NCBI GenBank assembly: GCA_030603445.1
Contig: JAUVXU010000008.1
Span: 16,770 to 80,769, forward strand
DNA: 64,000 nucleotides
Direction: 5' to 3'
Origin: Methanomicrobia archaeon
Lineage (GTDB): Archaea; Methanobacteriota_B; Thermococci; Methanofastidiosales; NM3
Below, piece after piece: positions 19,366 through 29,411 of the stretch. The position numbers and the translations under genes were made by a program. The notes beneath the pieces were generated by a model. It was not told where the DNA came from and ran no database searches. It saw nothing but the letters and a program-made list of their open reading frames with translations. Positions within the stretch are counted from its first letter, which is position 1, and every line of letters begins with the position of its first letter.

Positions 19366-20271
19366 ATGATTATGAGTTCACAAAAATCCGGTTCTGTAAA
19401 GGAGATTATATTTATAGATGATAACACGTTAGAGTTTGAATTTACTGATAGAATTTCTATTTTTGATAAGCTTATCCCCTCAACTATTCCGGGAAAAGGT
19501 ACTACCTTATGTAATGAAGGCGTATTTTGGTTTCAGAAGGTAGAAAATTTAGACATAAAAACACATTTTATAAAACAAGTTGCCCCAAACAGGATGCGTG
19601 TAAAAAGAGTGAGAATAATTAGAGATTATAACAAGATAGACACGACATCTACAAATTATCTAATACCCTTAGAATTTATAGCACGCCACTACGTAGCAGG
19701 TTCACTTTATGAACGGGTCAAAAAGAAGAATATTTCTGCAGAAACACTTGGTTTTAAGCCAGGTCATGTTGTTACTTATGGCGAGAAACTTCCAACACCA
19801 TACATCGAAACGTCTACAAAGCTAGAAGCAGTTGACAGACTACTTGATAAGGAAGAAGCACTAGCCATATCAGGATTAACTGAGAAGGAATATAATACCA
19901 TATTTGACACCATACTAAAAATAGACGAATTAATCGAACATGAAGTATCAAAGCGCGGATTAATCCATGTTGATGGTAAGAAGGAATTCGCATTTGACGA
20001 TAATAGGGAATTAATGGTAATCGATGTATTTGGAACTGCTGATGAGGACAGATTTTGGGACAGGTCTGTTTGGGAAAATGGAGAATGTGTTGAAATGTCA
20101 AAAGAATTTGTACGAAAATACTACGAACTCATAGGATATAAGAAGGCCCTTTACAAAGCTCGTGACGAAAAAGCACCTGAACCAGATATGCCCGTCCCGC
20201 CTGATGAATTAATTGAGCAAGCAGTGCAGCTGTATAAACTAATGCAATACAAAATCATGGGTGTTGAGTAA
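19366..20271 (+). CDS. purC: SAICAR synthetase
   Basis: DRISIFDK and downstream SAICAR synthetase blocks. TATA-like TTTAAATA about 40 nt upstream. Confidence 0.85.
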   Translation: MIMSSQKSGSVKEIIFIDDNTLEFEFTDRISIFDKLIPSTIPGKGTTLCNEGVFWFQKVENLDIKTHFIKQVAPNRMRVKRVRIIRDYNKIDTTSTNYLIPLEFIARHYVAGSLYERVKKKNISAETLGFKPGHVVTYGEKLPTPYIETSTKLEAVDRLLDKEEALAISGLTEKEYNTIFDTILKIDELIEHEVSKRGLIHVDGKKEFAFDDNRELMVIDVFGTADEDRFWDRSVWENGECVEMSKEFVRKYYELIGYKKALYKARDEKAPEPDMPVPPDELIEQAVQLYKLMQYKIMGVE

Positions 20272-20272
20272 G

Positions 20273-20518
20273 ATGGGAAAAAAAGAAGTTATTGTCACAG
20301 TCGGTCTTAAAGAAGGCATTTCGGATCCTGAAGGAAAAAATGTCAAGAAAGCTCTTTCATTGCTTGGATTCAAAGAAGTTGAAGAAGTAAAGATTCTAAA
20401 AAGTTATAAAATAACGATAAATGAAAATAAATGTAAAGATATAGATGAAAAAGTTAAGGCTATGGCAGAGGGCCTCCTCACAAATCCAGTAGTGCATGAC
20501 TATGAGATCTCCTGGTGA
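20273..20518 (+). CDS. purS: FGAM synthase PurS subunit
   Basis: 82-aa protein MGKKEVIVTVGLKEGISDPEG...; ATG at 20273 follows the purC stop. Confidence 0.85.
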   Translation: MGKKEVIVTVGLKEGISDPEGKNVKKALSLLGFKEVEEVKILKSYKITINENKCKDIDEKVKAMAEGLLTNPVVHDYEISW

Positions 20519-20522
20519 AAAA

Positions 20523-22823
20523 ATGAGTGATGTTGCAGAGATAAATCTAGAAGTATCTGATTTTGAACTAAAAAAAATTAGCGAAGAAACAGGGATAGGA
20601 TTATCTGTAGATGAACTTAAAGTTGTGCAAGAATATTTTCAAAAAAAAGGAAGAAAACCTACTGACATAGAACTACAAGCACTCGGTCAAGCATGGTCAG
20701 AACACTGTTGTTATAAATCCTCTAAATACTATTTAAAGAAATACCTATTCCACCTTAAAGCGCCACAAAACATCAACGTTATCAAAGAGGATGCAGGAAT
20801 TATCGAATTTGACAAAGATCATGCTTACGCAGTAGCATTAGAAAGCCACAACCACCCCTCTGCAATTGAACCATATGGGGGCGCTGCAACAGGGATAGGG
20901 GGCATACTCAGGGACGTAGTATGTATGGGGGCTCAACCAATTGCACTTATCGACCCAATATTTTTCGCTCTTCCTACTACTAAATCCTCAGTAATTCCAA
21001 AAAGTGTCAAACATCCCAAATTCATATTTTCTGGTGTTGTTGATGGCATACGTGACTATGGCAACAGGGTGGGTATCCCAACAATTGCTGGGATGACTTG
21101 CTTCCATTCAGGATATTTGGGAAACTGCCTGGTAAATGTTGGCTGTGTAGGCATAGTTAACAAAAAAGACATCATATACTCAAAAGTAGGAAACGTTAGT
21201 GATTACTTCGTGTTGGCAGGAGGAGGAACTGGCAGGGATGGTATCCACGGTGTCACTTTCGCTTCAAAGGAATTAGACGATGATTCTGCAACAGCTTCAC
21301 GTTCTGCAGTGCAAGTTGGAGATCCAATAACAAAAGAACCGTTAATACATGCTTGCCTGGAAGCTAATGAAAAAAAGCTTCTCACAGGCATGAAAGACCT
21401 AGGCGGTGGTGGCCTTTCTTGTGTAGTGGGTGAAATGGCGCTTGCAGCAGGTTTTGGTGCAAAAGTACAACTAGAAAATGTCCACCTCAAAGAAAAAGAT
21501 CTCAAACCATGGGAAATTTGGGTAAGCGAATCACAGGAACGCATGATGATGTCAGTACGAGAAGAGCATCTAAAAGAAGTGCTAAAGATATTTGAGAAAT
21601 GGGATGTCCCTGCAGTAATAATAGGTCAAGTAATCCCAGAAAAACGAATGGAACTCACCTGGAAAGGAGATAAAATTTATGATATGGACCTAGAGTTCGT
21701 TACTACTGGTCCCTCATACAAGAGACCCATACGACCTGTGCGCATCAACAATGAACACAATAACTACTCTGAACCAGAAAATTATGAAGTAATGATAAAA
21801 ACTATTATTAATTCACTCAATTGTGCTTCAAAAGACTGGGTAATACGTCAATATGACTTTGAAGTGCGTGCAAGAACCATATCTTCCTCACTTGTAGGCC
21901 ATATCAATAATGAGACGCACGCTGATGCAGCAGTCATAAAGCCTCTTGAATCCTCGCAAAGAGGACTTGTATTCACATCTGATGTAAATCCAAACACTGT
22001 AGCAATTGACCCGTTTTGGGGTAGTGCAGGAGCAGTGGACGAATGTGTAAGAAATATCGTTGCCACAGGTGCAAGGCCCCATTCGTTCGCAGATTGCCTC
22101 AACTTTGGAAATCCTGAAAAACCAGATAAAATGTGGGAGTTCTCACAAGCTGTGCAAGGGCTTGCTCATGTTGCCGGAAAGATTGGAGCCACGTTTGTTT
22201 CAGGTAATGTGTCCCTTTACAATGAAGGTCCCGCAGGCGCTTGCCCGCCTACTCCAACTATACTTGGAATAGGCATAATAGATGATGTAGACGACATAAT
22301 CACCGTTCCTTTCAAAAAAGAAGGAAACCTTGTTTACCTTGTAGGAAAAACACGTGATGAAATGGCTGGTAGTGTCTACTTCAATCTTAGATCACTTGAA
22401 GGAGGAAAAGTCCCGAAGGTCAATCCATATGAACTTGCAAACGCTTCAGCAGGACTACTTGAACTAGCAAATATGAATAAAATATCATCATGCCACGACA
22501 TTTCAGAAGGAGGATTGATCCTGGCCCTAGCAGAAATGTGCATAGGTAATGGCATAGGCGCATCCATCCACATAAAAGACCTGCTTAGAGGTGACATATC
22601 ACTGTTCTCTGAATCCAACACAAGATGGATTTGTGAAGTAGAAAGCAAGGATAGCGATGCTTTTGAAAGCAACTTACAAGCACACTGCACCTCATTCGCC
22701 CTAATAGGCACAACAGGCGGGACATCACTTTCAATAACACATAACAAAAGGAAGCTAGCTGACCTTCCTATCTCTGAACTAATAAAAGAGTGGCAGGCGC
22801 CACTCTGGGAAATAATGGGATGA
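20523..22823 (+). CDS. purL: FGAM synthase II
   Basis: Two AIR-synthase-related (PurM-like) repeats; start MSDVAEINLE after GGTGA. Confidence 0.95.
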   Translation: MSDVAEINLEVSDFELKKISEETGIGLSVDELKVVQEYFQKKGRKPTDIELQALGQAWSEHCCYKSSKYYLKKYLFHLKAPQNINVIKEDAGIIEFDKDHAYAVALESHNHPSAIEPYGGAATGIGGILRDVVCMGAQPIALIDPIFFALPTTKSSVIPKSVKHPKFIFSGVVDGIRDYGNRVGIPTIAGMTCFHSGYLGNCLVNVGCVGIVNKKDIIYSKVGNVSDYFVLAGGGTGRDGIHGVTFASKELDDDSATASRSAVQVGDPITKEPLIHACLEANEKKLLTGMKDLGGGGLSCVVGEMALAAGFGAKVQLENVHLKEKDLKPWEIWVSESQERMMMSVREEHLKEVLKIFEKWDVPAVIIGQVIPEKRMELTWKGDKIYDMDLEFVTTGPSYKRPIRPVRINNEHNNYSEPENYEVMIKTIINSLNCASKDWVIRQYDFEVRARTISSSLVGHINNETHADAAVIKPLESSQRGLVFTSDVNPNTVAIDPFWGSAGAVDECVRNIVATGARPHSFADCLNFGNPEKPDKMWEFSQAVQGLAHVAGKIGATFVSGNVSLYNEGPAGACPPTPTILGIGIIDDVDDIITVPFKKEGNLVYLVGKTRDEMAGSVYFNLRSLEGGKVPKVNPYELANASAGLLELANMNKISSCHDISEGGLILALAEMCIGNGIGASIHIKDLLRGDISLFSESNTRWICEVESKDSDAFESNLQAHCTSFALIGTTGGTSLSITHNKRKLADLPISELIKEWQAPLWEIMG

Positions 22824-22827
22824 TCAT

Positions 22828-23598
22828 ATGAAACCTGAAGATATCAACATATGCATCCTTCGTATAGAAGGGACGAACAATGAACAAGAGATGTATGACG
22901 CATTCAAACGCTTAGGTACTAAACCACATCTAGTACATCTTAACGAACTTTCTTCCCTTAAACCTTATCAATGTCTAATGATACCTGGAGGATTCTCGGC
23001 AGGAGATTATATCCGCGCAGGTACTATCTTTGCCTCACGCATAAAAAGCAATTTCATGGACGAACTCAATAACTTTATCAAAGAAGGATATGCGGTAGGA
23101 GGGATATGTAATGGTTTTCAGGTCTTAGTGGAATTGGGCCTTCTACCAGGAAACCCAAAAGGTAACGGGACCATAACAGCCTGCCTATCTCGAAACGATT
23201 CTGCACGTTTTGAGTGCAGACACAGCATTCTTAAACATGTCTCTTCTAAAAAATGTGTTTTTACATCACTGCTTCCGCAAAATGAGCAGCTTATCGTGCC
23301 TTCCGCACATGCAGAAGGAAAGTTTCTACTCTCTGGCGGTAAGAAAGCGTATGAAAAATTGGAAAAAAACGGGCAGATAATATTCAAATATGTGAATTAT
23401 AAAGGAGAAACGAATGCCCCATATCCATGGAATCCAAATGGGTCCCCATATAATATCGCAGGAATATGCAACAAAAGAGGAAATGTATTTGGTATGATGC
23501 CCCATCCAGAAAGATCATTTTTTTCCAAAAACGAGCACGGGTATTCTGGAAAAATCCTGTTTGAATCAGTAGTAAAATACATAGGAGGAACGTTCTAA
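22828..23598 (+). CDS. purQ: FGAM synthase I (glutamine amidotransferase subunit)
   Basis: Class I GATase; nucleophile GICNGFQ and HPE triad. Confidence 0.9.
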   Translation: MKPEDINICILRIEGTNNEQEMYDAFKRLGTKPHLVHLNELSSLKPYQCLMIPGGFSAGDYIRAGTIFASRIKSNFMDELNNFIKEGYAVGGICNGFQVLVELGLLPGNPKGNGTITACLSRNDSARFECRHSILKHVSSKKCVFTSLLPQNEQLIVPSAHAEGKFLLSGGKKAYEKLEKNGQIIFKYVNYKGETNAPYPWNPNGSPYNIAGICNKRGNVFGMMPHPERSFFSKNEHGYSGKILFESVVKYIGGTF

Positions 23599-25013
23599 TG
23601 TGTGGAGTTATCGGCTTGAGCAGTGACAATGTAGCCTGGGAGGCGTACAGGGGACTTCTTTCCATCCAACACAGGGGGCAAAATTCAGCAGGGATTGTGA
23701 CATTAAACAATAAATTTTATCGAAAACAGGGAAATGGACTCGTATCTAAGGTCTTTGAAAACTTCGAGTTAGATGAATTAAAAGGAAATATTGGAATTGC
23801 GCATGTTCGCTACCCGACCTCCGGGAACGGGCCTGTAAGTGAATCACAACCTCTTTTTATCAATTACCCATATGGCCTAGCCTTGGCACACAATGGAAAT
23901 CTTACGAATTATAAGGAGTTAAAACAGTTCTTACATGATAAAAAAAGATCTTTGCAGACGGATTCTGATACTGAGGTGTTGCTTAATCTGCTTGCACATC
24001 AAATCTCAAGACACGACATAGACACTGCACTAGAGCATACTATGAACAATGCAGAAGGTTCCTATTCTGCTGCCATGTTGTTATGCAAAAATGGTGGCAA
24101 AATGATAGCATTCAGAGACCCAAATGGCATTCGTCCACTTATTATTGGAAAACGTGAAACGGAAACTGGATGTAACTATATTGTATGTAGCGAAAGTGTT
24201 GGGCTTGATGTAACTGGCTATGAAACAATACGTGATGTCAAGCCAGGAGAAGCCGTTTCGTTCTCCCGTGACGGGATAGAATTCAAGCAAATACGGCCCG
24301 CACGCCCTGCACACTGTATGTTTGAGTATGTTTATTTTTCACGACCAGATTCGATAATAGAAGGAAAAAGCGTGTATGAAGTACGCTTCAAACTAGGAGA
24401 AAACTTAGAATTTGACAAAGACATTGATACTGTTATACCTGTGCCAGATACGTCACGTACAGCAGCACTAGGATTTGCATTAAAATATAATATACCTTAC
24501 AGAGAAGGCCTCATAAAAAATAGGTATATAGGTAGAACATTCATCATGCCAACGCAGCCGTATAGGGAATCAGCAGTCATTGAAAAGCTTAATGTGATAA
24601 AAAAAGAGGTAAGTGGCAAGCGCATAGCGCTAGTTGATGACAGTATAGTAAGAGGAACTACGTCCAGAAGACTAGTCAATCTGCTTAGGCGCAACGGCGC
24701 AAAGGAAGTACATTTCATTTCCAGTTGCCCACCTATCAAATATCCCTGTTTCTATGGCATAGACATGACAATGAAGAATGAACTAATAGCATCAAGCTAC
24801 ATTGAGGATATTAAAAATAAAATTGGTGCAGATTCGGTAACATACCAATCGATAGAAGGATTGGTAAAATCAATAGGATTACCAAAATCGCACATGTGCC
24901 TCGCATGTCTTAACGGTGATTATCCGACAGGAATAACATGCGAAAAAGCTGAAATACTTGGCAAGAATCGAGAAAAGGAAAGAAAAAATTGGAAAGGAAT
25001 TAGGAGCAAATAA
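23598..25013 (+). CDS. purF: amidophosphoribosyltransferase
   Basis: N-terminal MCGVIGL (Ntn Cys). PRPP loop VDDSIVRGTT. C-terminal Cys cluster. TAATG overlap with purQ. Confidence 0.95.
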   Translation: MCGVIGLSSDNVAWEAYRGLLSIQHRGQNSAGIVTLNNKFYRKQGNGLVSKVFENFELDELKGNIGIAHVRYPTSGNGPVSESQPLFINYPYGLALAHNGNLTNYKELKQFLHDKKRSLQTDSDTEVLLNLLAHQISRHDIDTALEHTMNNAEGSYSAAMLLCKNGGKMIAFRDPNGIRPLIIGKRETETGCNYIVCSESVGLDVTGYETIRDVKPGEAVSFSRDGIEFKQIRPARPAHCMFEYVYFSRPDSIIEGKSVYEVRFKLGENLEFDKDIDTVIPVPDTSRTAALGFALKYNIPYREGLIKNRYIGRTFIMPTQPYRESAVIEKLNVIKKEVSGKRIALVDDSIVRGTTSRRLVNLLRRNGAKEVHFISSCPPIKYPCFYGIDMTMKNELIASSYIEDIKNKIGADSVTYQSIEGLVKSIGLPKSHMCLACLNGDYPTGITCEKAEILGKNREKERKNWKGIRSK

Positions 25014-25014
25014 T

Positions 25015-26265
25015 ATGGCAGGAATTTGTGGGATTTATGCATTTGATGAAATATGGGATGTTTCACGATTCATATACTATCAATTGATAGCAACCCAATC
25101 AAGGGGACAGGAAAGCGTGGGCATATCTATCTCTGATTTCAAAAAAATAAACAGTATTGCTACAAAAGGGACTGTTCAAGAGAAATTGGATTCAGAGCAA
25201 GTTAACAAACTCATTGGAAGTGCGGGCGTAGGAGGGGTTTTTACCCGTGATATCGGAGGATATCTTTCTGATGATATTTCCATATATTATGATGGAAGTA
25301 TTACTATTACTGAGAAATCAGTTCAAAAGTTTCGCCAAAATTTAGAAAATATGAAAGATGAAGATGCAGTGAAAGCTTTTCTTGAAACACTCAAGGGGGC
25401 TTATTCGATGCTAATTCTAACTAAAGATAAGATGATTGCAACACGAGACAAGAGAGGTATAAAACCAATGGTTATCGGTGGTGTTGGATTTGACCTAGCA
25501 ATTGTTGCATCAGAAACAGCAGCACTTGATGTTATAGGGGCAGAACTCTCGCGTGACATAGAACCAGGTGAAATAGTCATAATAGACCGTAACTACATAG
25601 AAGAGATCAAAAAAGATAATCTCCCCTCGCCTGCGAACTGTATATTTGAGTACGTATACCTCTCTCGCATAGATTCCAAGATAAACGGCACCTACATTCA
25701 TGATATACGAAGCAAGATAGGCAAACTTTTGGCAAAAGAAAAGCCTGTTGAAGCTGATGTCGTTATAGGGGTGCCGGAAACTGCAATCCCATTTGCCATG
25801 GCCTATGCAAATGAGGCTTCTATACCAATAGATGTGGGTTTTATGAGGACCGGAAAGCATATACGAACAGCCATTCGTCCAACGCAAATGGAACGAATGA
25901 TTGGAGTACAGCTCAAACTCAATCCTATAAGAACGGCAATACGTGGAAAACGCGTTGTCCTAATAGACGACTCTGTAGTAAGAGGCACTACCATGCGTAA
26001 CATAGTCACTCTTCTAAGAAAGCGTGGTGCAAAAGAAGTGCACGTGCGCATAGGAAGCCCAAAACTAATCTCATCCTGCCCATTCGGAACAGAAGTACCA
26101 ACAATAGATGAACTTATCGCAGTGGAAAATACAGAGGATGAGATTGCAAGGATAATCGATGCTGATAGCTTTGGATACCTTGATTTAAAAGACCTAAAAG
26201 AAACGCTTGGAAGTGAGAATTTCTGTACAGGATGTATGTCTGGAATATATCCCGAGGTGGACTAA
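25015..26265 (+). CDS. purF: amidophosphoribosyltransferase paralog (PurF-like, 4-residue propeptide before the Cys)
   Basis: MAGI-CGIYAF N-terminus, RGQESVGIS, IDDSVVRGTT PRPP loop, C-terminal CTGCMSG. Confidence 0.8.
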   Translation: MAGICGIYAFDEIWDVSRFIYYQLIATQSRGQESVGISISDFKKINSIATKGTVQEKLDSEQVNKLIGSAGVGGVFTRDIGGYLSDDISIYYDGSITITEKSVQKFRQNLENMKDEDAVKAFLETLKGAYSMLILTKDKMIATRDKRGIKPMVIGGVGFDLAIVASETAALDVIGAELSRDIEPGEIVIIDRNYIEEIKKDNLPSPANCIFEYVYLSRIDSKINGTYIHDIRSKIGKLLAKEKPVEADVVIGVPETAIPFAMAYANEASIPIDVGFMRTGKHIRTAIRPTQMERMIGVQLKLNPIRTAIRGKRVVLIDDSVVRGTTMRNIVTLLRKRGAKEVHVRIGSPKLISSCPFGTEVPTIDELIAVENTEDEIARIIDADSFGYLDLKDLKETLGSENFCTGCMSGIYPEVD

Positions 26266-27702
26266 ATGAAGTTTATGATAGTAGGAAGTGGAGCTCGTGA
26301 GCATGCCATTGCCGAAAACGCAATTTCTTGTGGATATGAAGTTTATGCGGCTAGTGAGATACGAAACCCAGGTTTGCTCAATCTTTCAAAAAAGCTTTAC
26401 GAAGTAAACATTCTTGATAGCGATGCCGTAACAAACGTTGCAAAAAAAGTCATGCCAGATGCGATATTTATAGGCAGTGAAGAATCCCTATTTGCAGGTG
26501 TTTCTGATGCTTTGCGCGCAGCTGGATTCTTCGTTATAGGGGCATCGAAAAAAACCGCAGACATAGAAAAGTCAAAAGGTTTTATGAGAAATCTTATGGA
26601 AAAATACAATTTATATGGGAGATTAAGATTCAAGACTTTTTCAAACATAGAAGAAGCCATAATATATATTGACGAATATGCAGGATCAGTTGCTATAAAA
26701 CCAACGCGACAAGCCGGGGGAAAAGGAGTAAAGGTCATAGCAGACCTGCAAGCATACCTAAAAGAAGAGAAAAATGCTGCAAAGAAACGCCACGTTTCTG
26801 ATATCGTAGAGCAAAATCTCTCCCAGGATTTAGAAGATCCCATCCTTATAGAAGAGAGGGTAGAGGGTGTTGAATACACTATGCAGTGCTTTACTGATGG
26901 GAAGAACATAATCCCATTAAAGATAGTTGAGGACCATCCCCATGCCTTCGTAGAGGACATAGGACCAGAGACAGGAGGTATGGGGTCTATATCAGGCGAT
27001 CAGGACAACTTGCCTTTCCTATCTGAAAAAGACTACCAAACCTCATACGAAATAATAGAAAAAGTTATCCATGCTATAGAAAAGGAAACAGGAGAACCAT
27101 ATTTTGGAGTGCTTTCTGGGCAATTTATGCTAACAGACAAGTGGGGGCCTACGGTAATAGAGTTCTATTCTAGGCTTGGTGACCCAGAAACAGTAAATAT
27201 AATGCCCCAACTACAAAACTTTGATGAAATAGTTGAAGGGATGAAAAGAGGGAACCTAGAAAATGTGGTTGCTCGATTTGAACAAAAAGCAACAGTAGTA
27301 AAGATAATCTCACCGAAAGGCTACCCCAACAACAGGGACATCGGCAAAGGACACGAGATTCATATAGACATAGAGGCTATTGAAAAGATTGGTGCTAAGG
27401 CATATTTTGGTTCTATTTACGAAAAAGATGGGAAATACTACACAGGCGGTTCGCGCGCTTTAGAAATATATGCTGCAGCTGACAGCATAGAAGAGGCTAG
27501 TGCCATCGTTGATAAGGCTGCTACATTTGTGAAGTCTGACTGGAAGCTTTTCTACCGAAAAGACATAGGGACAAAAGCCTTGCTTAAAAAGCGATTTGAG
27601 CAGGCAAATCTTGCAAGAGACATATTCCATTATAGGGCAGAAAGAGGACTAATCGGAAAGACGATAGATTGGATACCCGGAATAGGAAAGATTGAAACAT
27701 GA
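26266..27702 (+). CDS. purD: phosphoribosylamine--glycine ligase
   Basis: MKFMIVGSGAREHAIAE N-terminus; ATP-grasp. Confidence 0.95.
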   Translation: MKFMIVGSGAREHAIAENAISCGYEVYAASEIRNPGLLNLSKKLYEVNILDSDAVTNVAKKVMPDAIFIGSEESLFAGVSDALRAAGFFVIGASKKTADIEKSKGFMRNLMEKYNLYGRLRFKTFSNIEEAIIYIDEYAGSVAIKPTRQAGGKGVKVIADLQAYLKEEKNAAKKRHVSDIVEQNLSQDLEDPILIEERVEGVEYTMQCFTDGKNIIPLKIVEDHPHAFVEDIGPETGGMGSISGDQDNLPFLSEKDYQTSYEIIEKVIHAIEKETGEPYFGVLSGQFMLTDKWGPTVIEFYSRLGDPETVNIMPQLQNFDEIVEGMKRGNLENVVARFEQKATVVKIISPKGYPNNRDIGKGHEIHIDIEAIEKIGAKAYFGSIYEKDGKYYTGGSRALEIYAAADSIEEASAIVDKAATFVKSDWKLFYRKDIGTKALLKKRFEQANLARDIFHYRAERGLIGKTIDWIPGIGKIET

Positions 27703-27714
27703 GGTGTAATTGTT

Positions 27715-29019
27715 ATGGCAAAATACGATAGGAAGAAAAGAGAGGTTCTTGGAACACCCCTTACTAAAAACAGGGCAAAAATAATGCTGCTTGGGTCAGG
27801 CGAAATCGGAAAAGAAATAATAATCGAAGCACAACGCCTTGGTATTGAGACCGTTGCTATTGACAGGTATGCACGCGCGCCGGCACAACAAGTGGCACAT
27901 AAGAGCTACACAATAGATATGAAAGATGCAAATGCACTTCGCTCTATTATCGAATGCGAACAACCTGATGCCATAGTCCCCGAGATAGAAGCAATAAATC
28001 TAGACTGCTTGCAGGAACTTGAGAATGATGGATACAACATCATTCCAAACGCGCGGGCAACATATATCACCATGCACCGTGAACGCTCACGAGAAATGAT
28101 ATCAAAAGATGCGGGTGTAAAGGCATCAAAGTACGAATATGCAAGAAGTTTGGATGAATTAAAGGAAGTTTGTGAAAAGATAGGTTATCCTTGTTGGTCA
28201 AAAGCGATAATGTCATCCTCTGGATATGGCTCCTACTTCGTAGAAGGCCCAGAAGATGTGGAGAAAGCATGGAAAGCGGCTAATGAGAAAGCACGAGGCC
28301 ATGGAGACTGGGTCATCGTAGAAGAGCATATTGAATTTGACATTGAGATAACAGAACTCGCAATACGCCATTTTGATGAGAATGGCAACATTACCACCAC
28401 TTTCCCAAAACCTGTAGGACACTATCAGATAGAAGGAGACTACCACGCGTCATGGCAGCCAGCAGAAGTAAGCGACAAAGCGGAAAAAAACATCTACAAG
28501 ACAACTGAGAAGATTACAAATACCCTTGGAGGTCTAGGCCTGTTTGGTTGTGAGCTCTTCGTTAAGGGAGATGATGTCTGGGCAAATGAGATTTCACCCC
28601 GACCACATGACACAGGTATGGTAACCATGATGACCCATGCACCAGGTTTCTCAGAACAAGGATTACACGTACGCGCTATTATGGGACTACCGATACCATC
28701 CATAAAAAAAGATGGATTCAACATTATAGAGCCACTCAAGGCAGGTGCCTCGCATGTTATTAAATCCCCTTACGAAGGGTGGGATGCAGAGTTTGGCAAT
28801 ATCTATAATGCGATGAATATGTACCCTGAGTCTTCAATAAGGCTCTTTGGTAAGACACAGGCACGAATGCACCGCAGGATGGGTGTAGCGCTTGCTTTAG
28901 CAGATACTGTCCAAGAAGCAAAGATACGCGCTGAGAAGATGGCACATGCAGTCGAGATGCGCATCCCGGGAAGCCCCATGTTGTCACAAGACGAAAAGAG
29001 AAAGCATTTGGTGCAGTAA
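27715..29019 (+). CDS. purT: formate-dependent GAR transformylase
   Basis: N-terminus ...IMLLGSGEIGKEIIIEAQRLGIETVAIDRYARAPAQQVAH...IVPEIEAI, as in PurT proteins. Confidence 0.9.
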   Translation: MAKYDRKKREVLGTPLTKNRAKIMLLGSGEIGKEIIIEAQRLGIETVAIDRYARAPAQQVAHKSYTIDMKDANALRSIIECEQPDAIVPEIEAINLDCLQELENDGYNIIPNARATYITMHRERSREMISKDAGVKASKYEYARSLDELKEVCEKIGYPCWSKAIMSSSGYGSYFVEGPEDVEKAWKAANEKARGHGDWVIVEEHIEFDIEITELAIRHFDENGNITTTFPKPVGHYQIEGDYHASWQPAEVSDKAEKNIYKTTEKITNTLGGLGLFGCELFVKGDDVWANEISPRPHDTGMVTMMTHAPGFSEQGLHVRAIMGLPIPSIKKDGFNIIEPLKAGASHVIKSPYEGWDAEFGNIYNAMNMYPESSIRLFGKTQARMHRRMGVALALADTVQEAKIRAEKMAHAVEMRIPGSPMLSQDEKRKHLVQ

Positions 29020-29403
29020 ATGGAAGACATACTAATAATTGCTGGTAGTGCATCGGATATGCCTATTATCGAAAAGATAGAGCAGACCCTAAAGGATTAT
29101 GATGTCAGTTATTCTGTGGAAATCGCATCTGCACATCGCAATCCTGAAAAGGTATCGGAACTATCGCAAAGGGACGTGAAGGTCTTCATAGCTGTTGCAG
29201 GCCTATCGGCCGCACTTCCTGGAGTAATCGCCTCACAAACGAATAAACCTGTAATAGGGGTCCCTGTTGATTCTGCACTAGGGGGGCTTGATGCCCTCCT
29301 TTCCATTGTGCAGATGCCAAAGGGTGTCCCTGTTGCCTGTGTTGGTATAAATAATGGCCAAAATGCCGCATACCTTGCCTTGCGCATCCTTGGAAAACTA
29401 TAG
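29020..29403 (+). CDS. purE: AIR carboxylase / N5-CAIR mutase catalytic subunit
   Basis: [13 protein letters not shown]...[12 protein letters not shown] PurE fold; no purK nearby. Confidence 0.9.
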   Translation: MEDILIIAGSASDMPIIEKIEQTLKDYDVSYSVEIASAHRNPEKVSELSQRDVKVFIAVAGLSAALPGVIASQTNKPVIGVPVDSALGGLDALLSIVQMPKGVPVACVGINNGQNAAYLALRILGKL

Positions 29404-29411
29404 GTGATAAC

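Noticed and set aside
20261-20522. ORF-track N-terminal extensions of purS (from 20261) and purL (from 20496)
   Set aside because: ATG starts at 20273 and 20523 follow the upstream stops and RBS-like GGTGA; the extensions overlap upstream genes.
24958-25014. N-terminal extension of the second purF to 24958
   Set aside because: Ntn-amidotransferases need Cys at or near the N-terminus; the ATG at 25015 gives MAGI-CG and abuts the purF stop.
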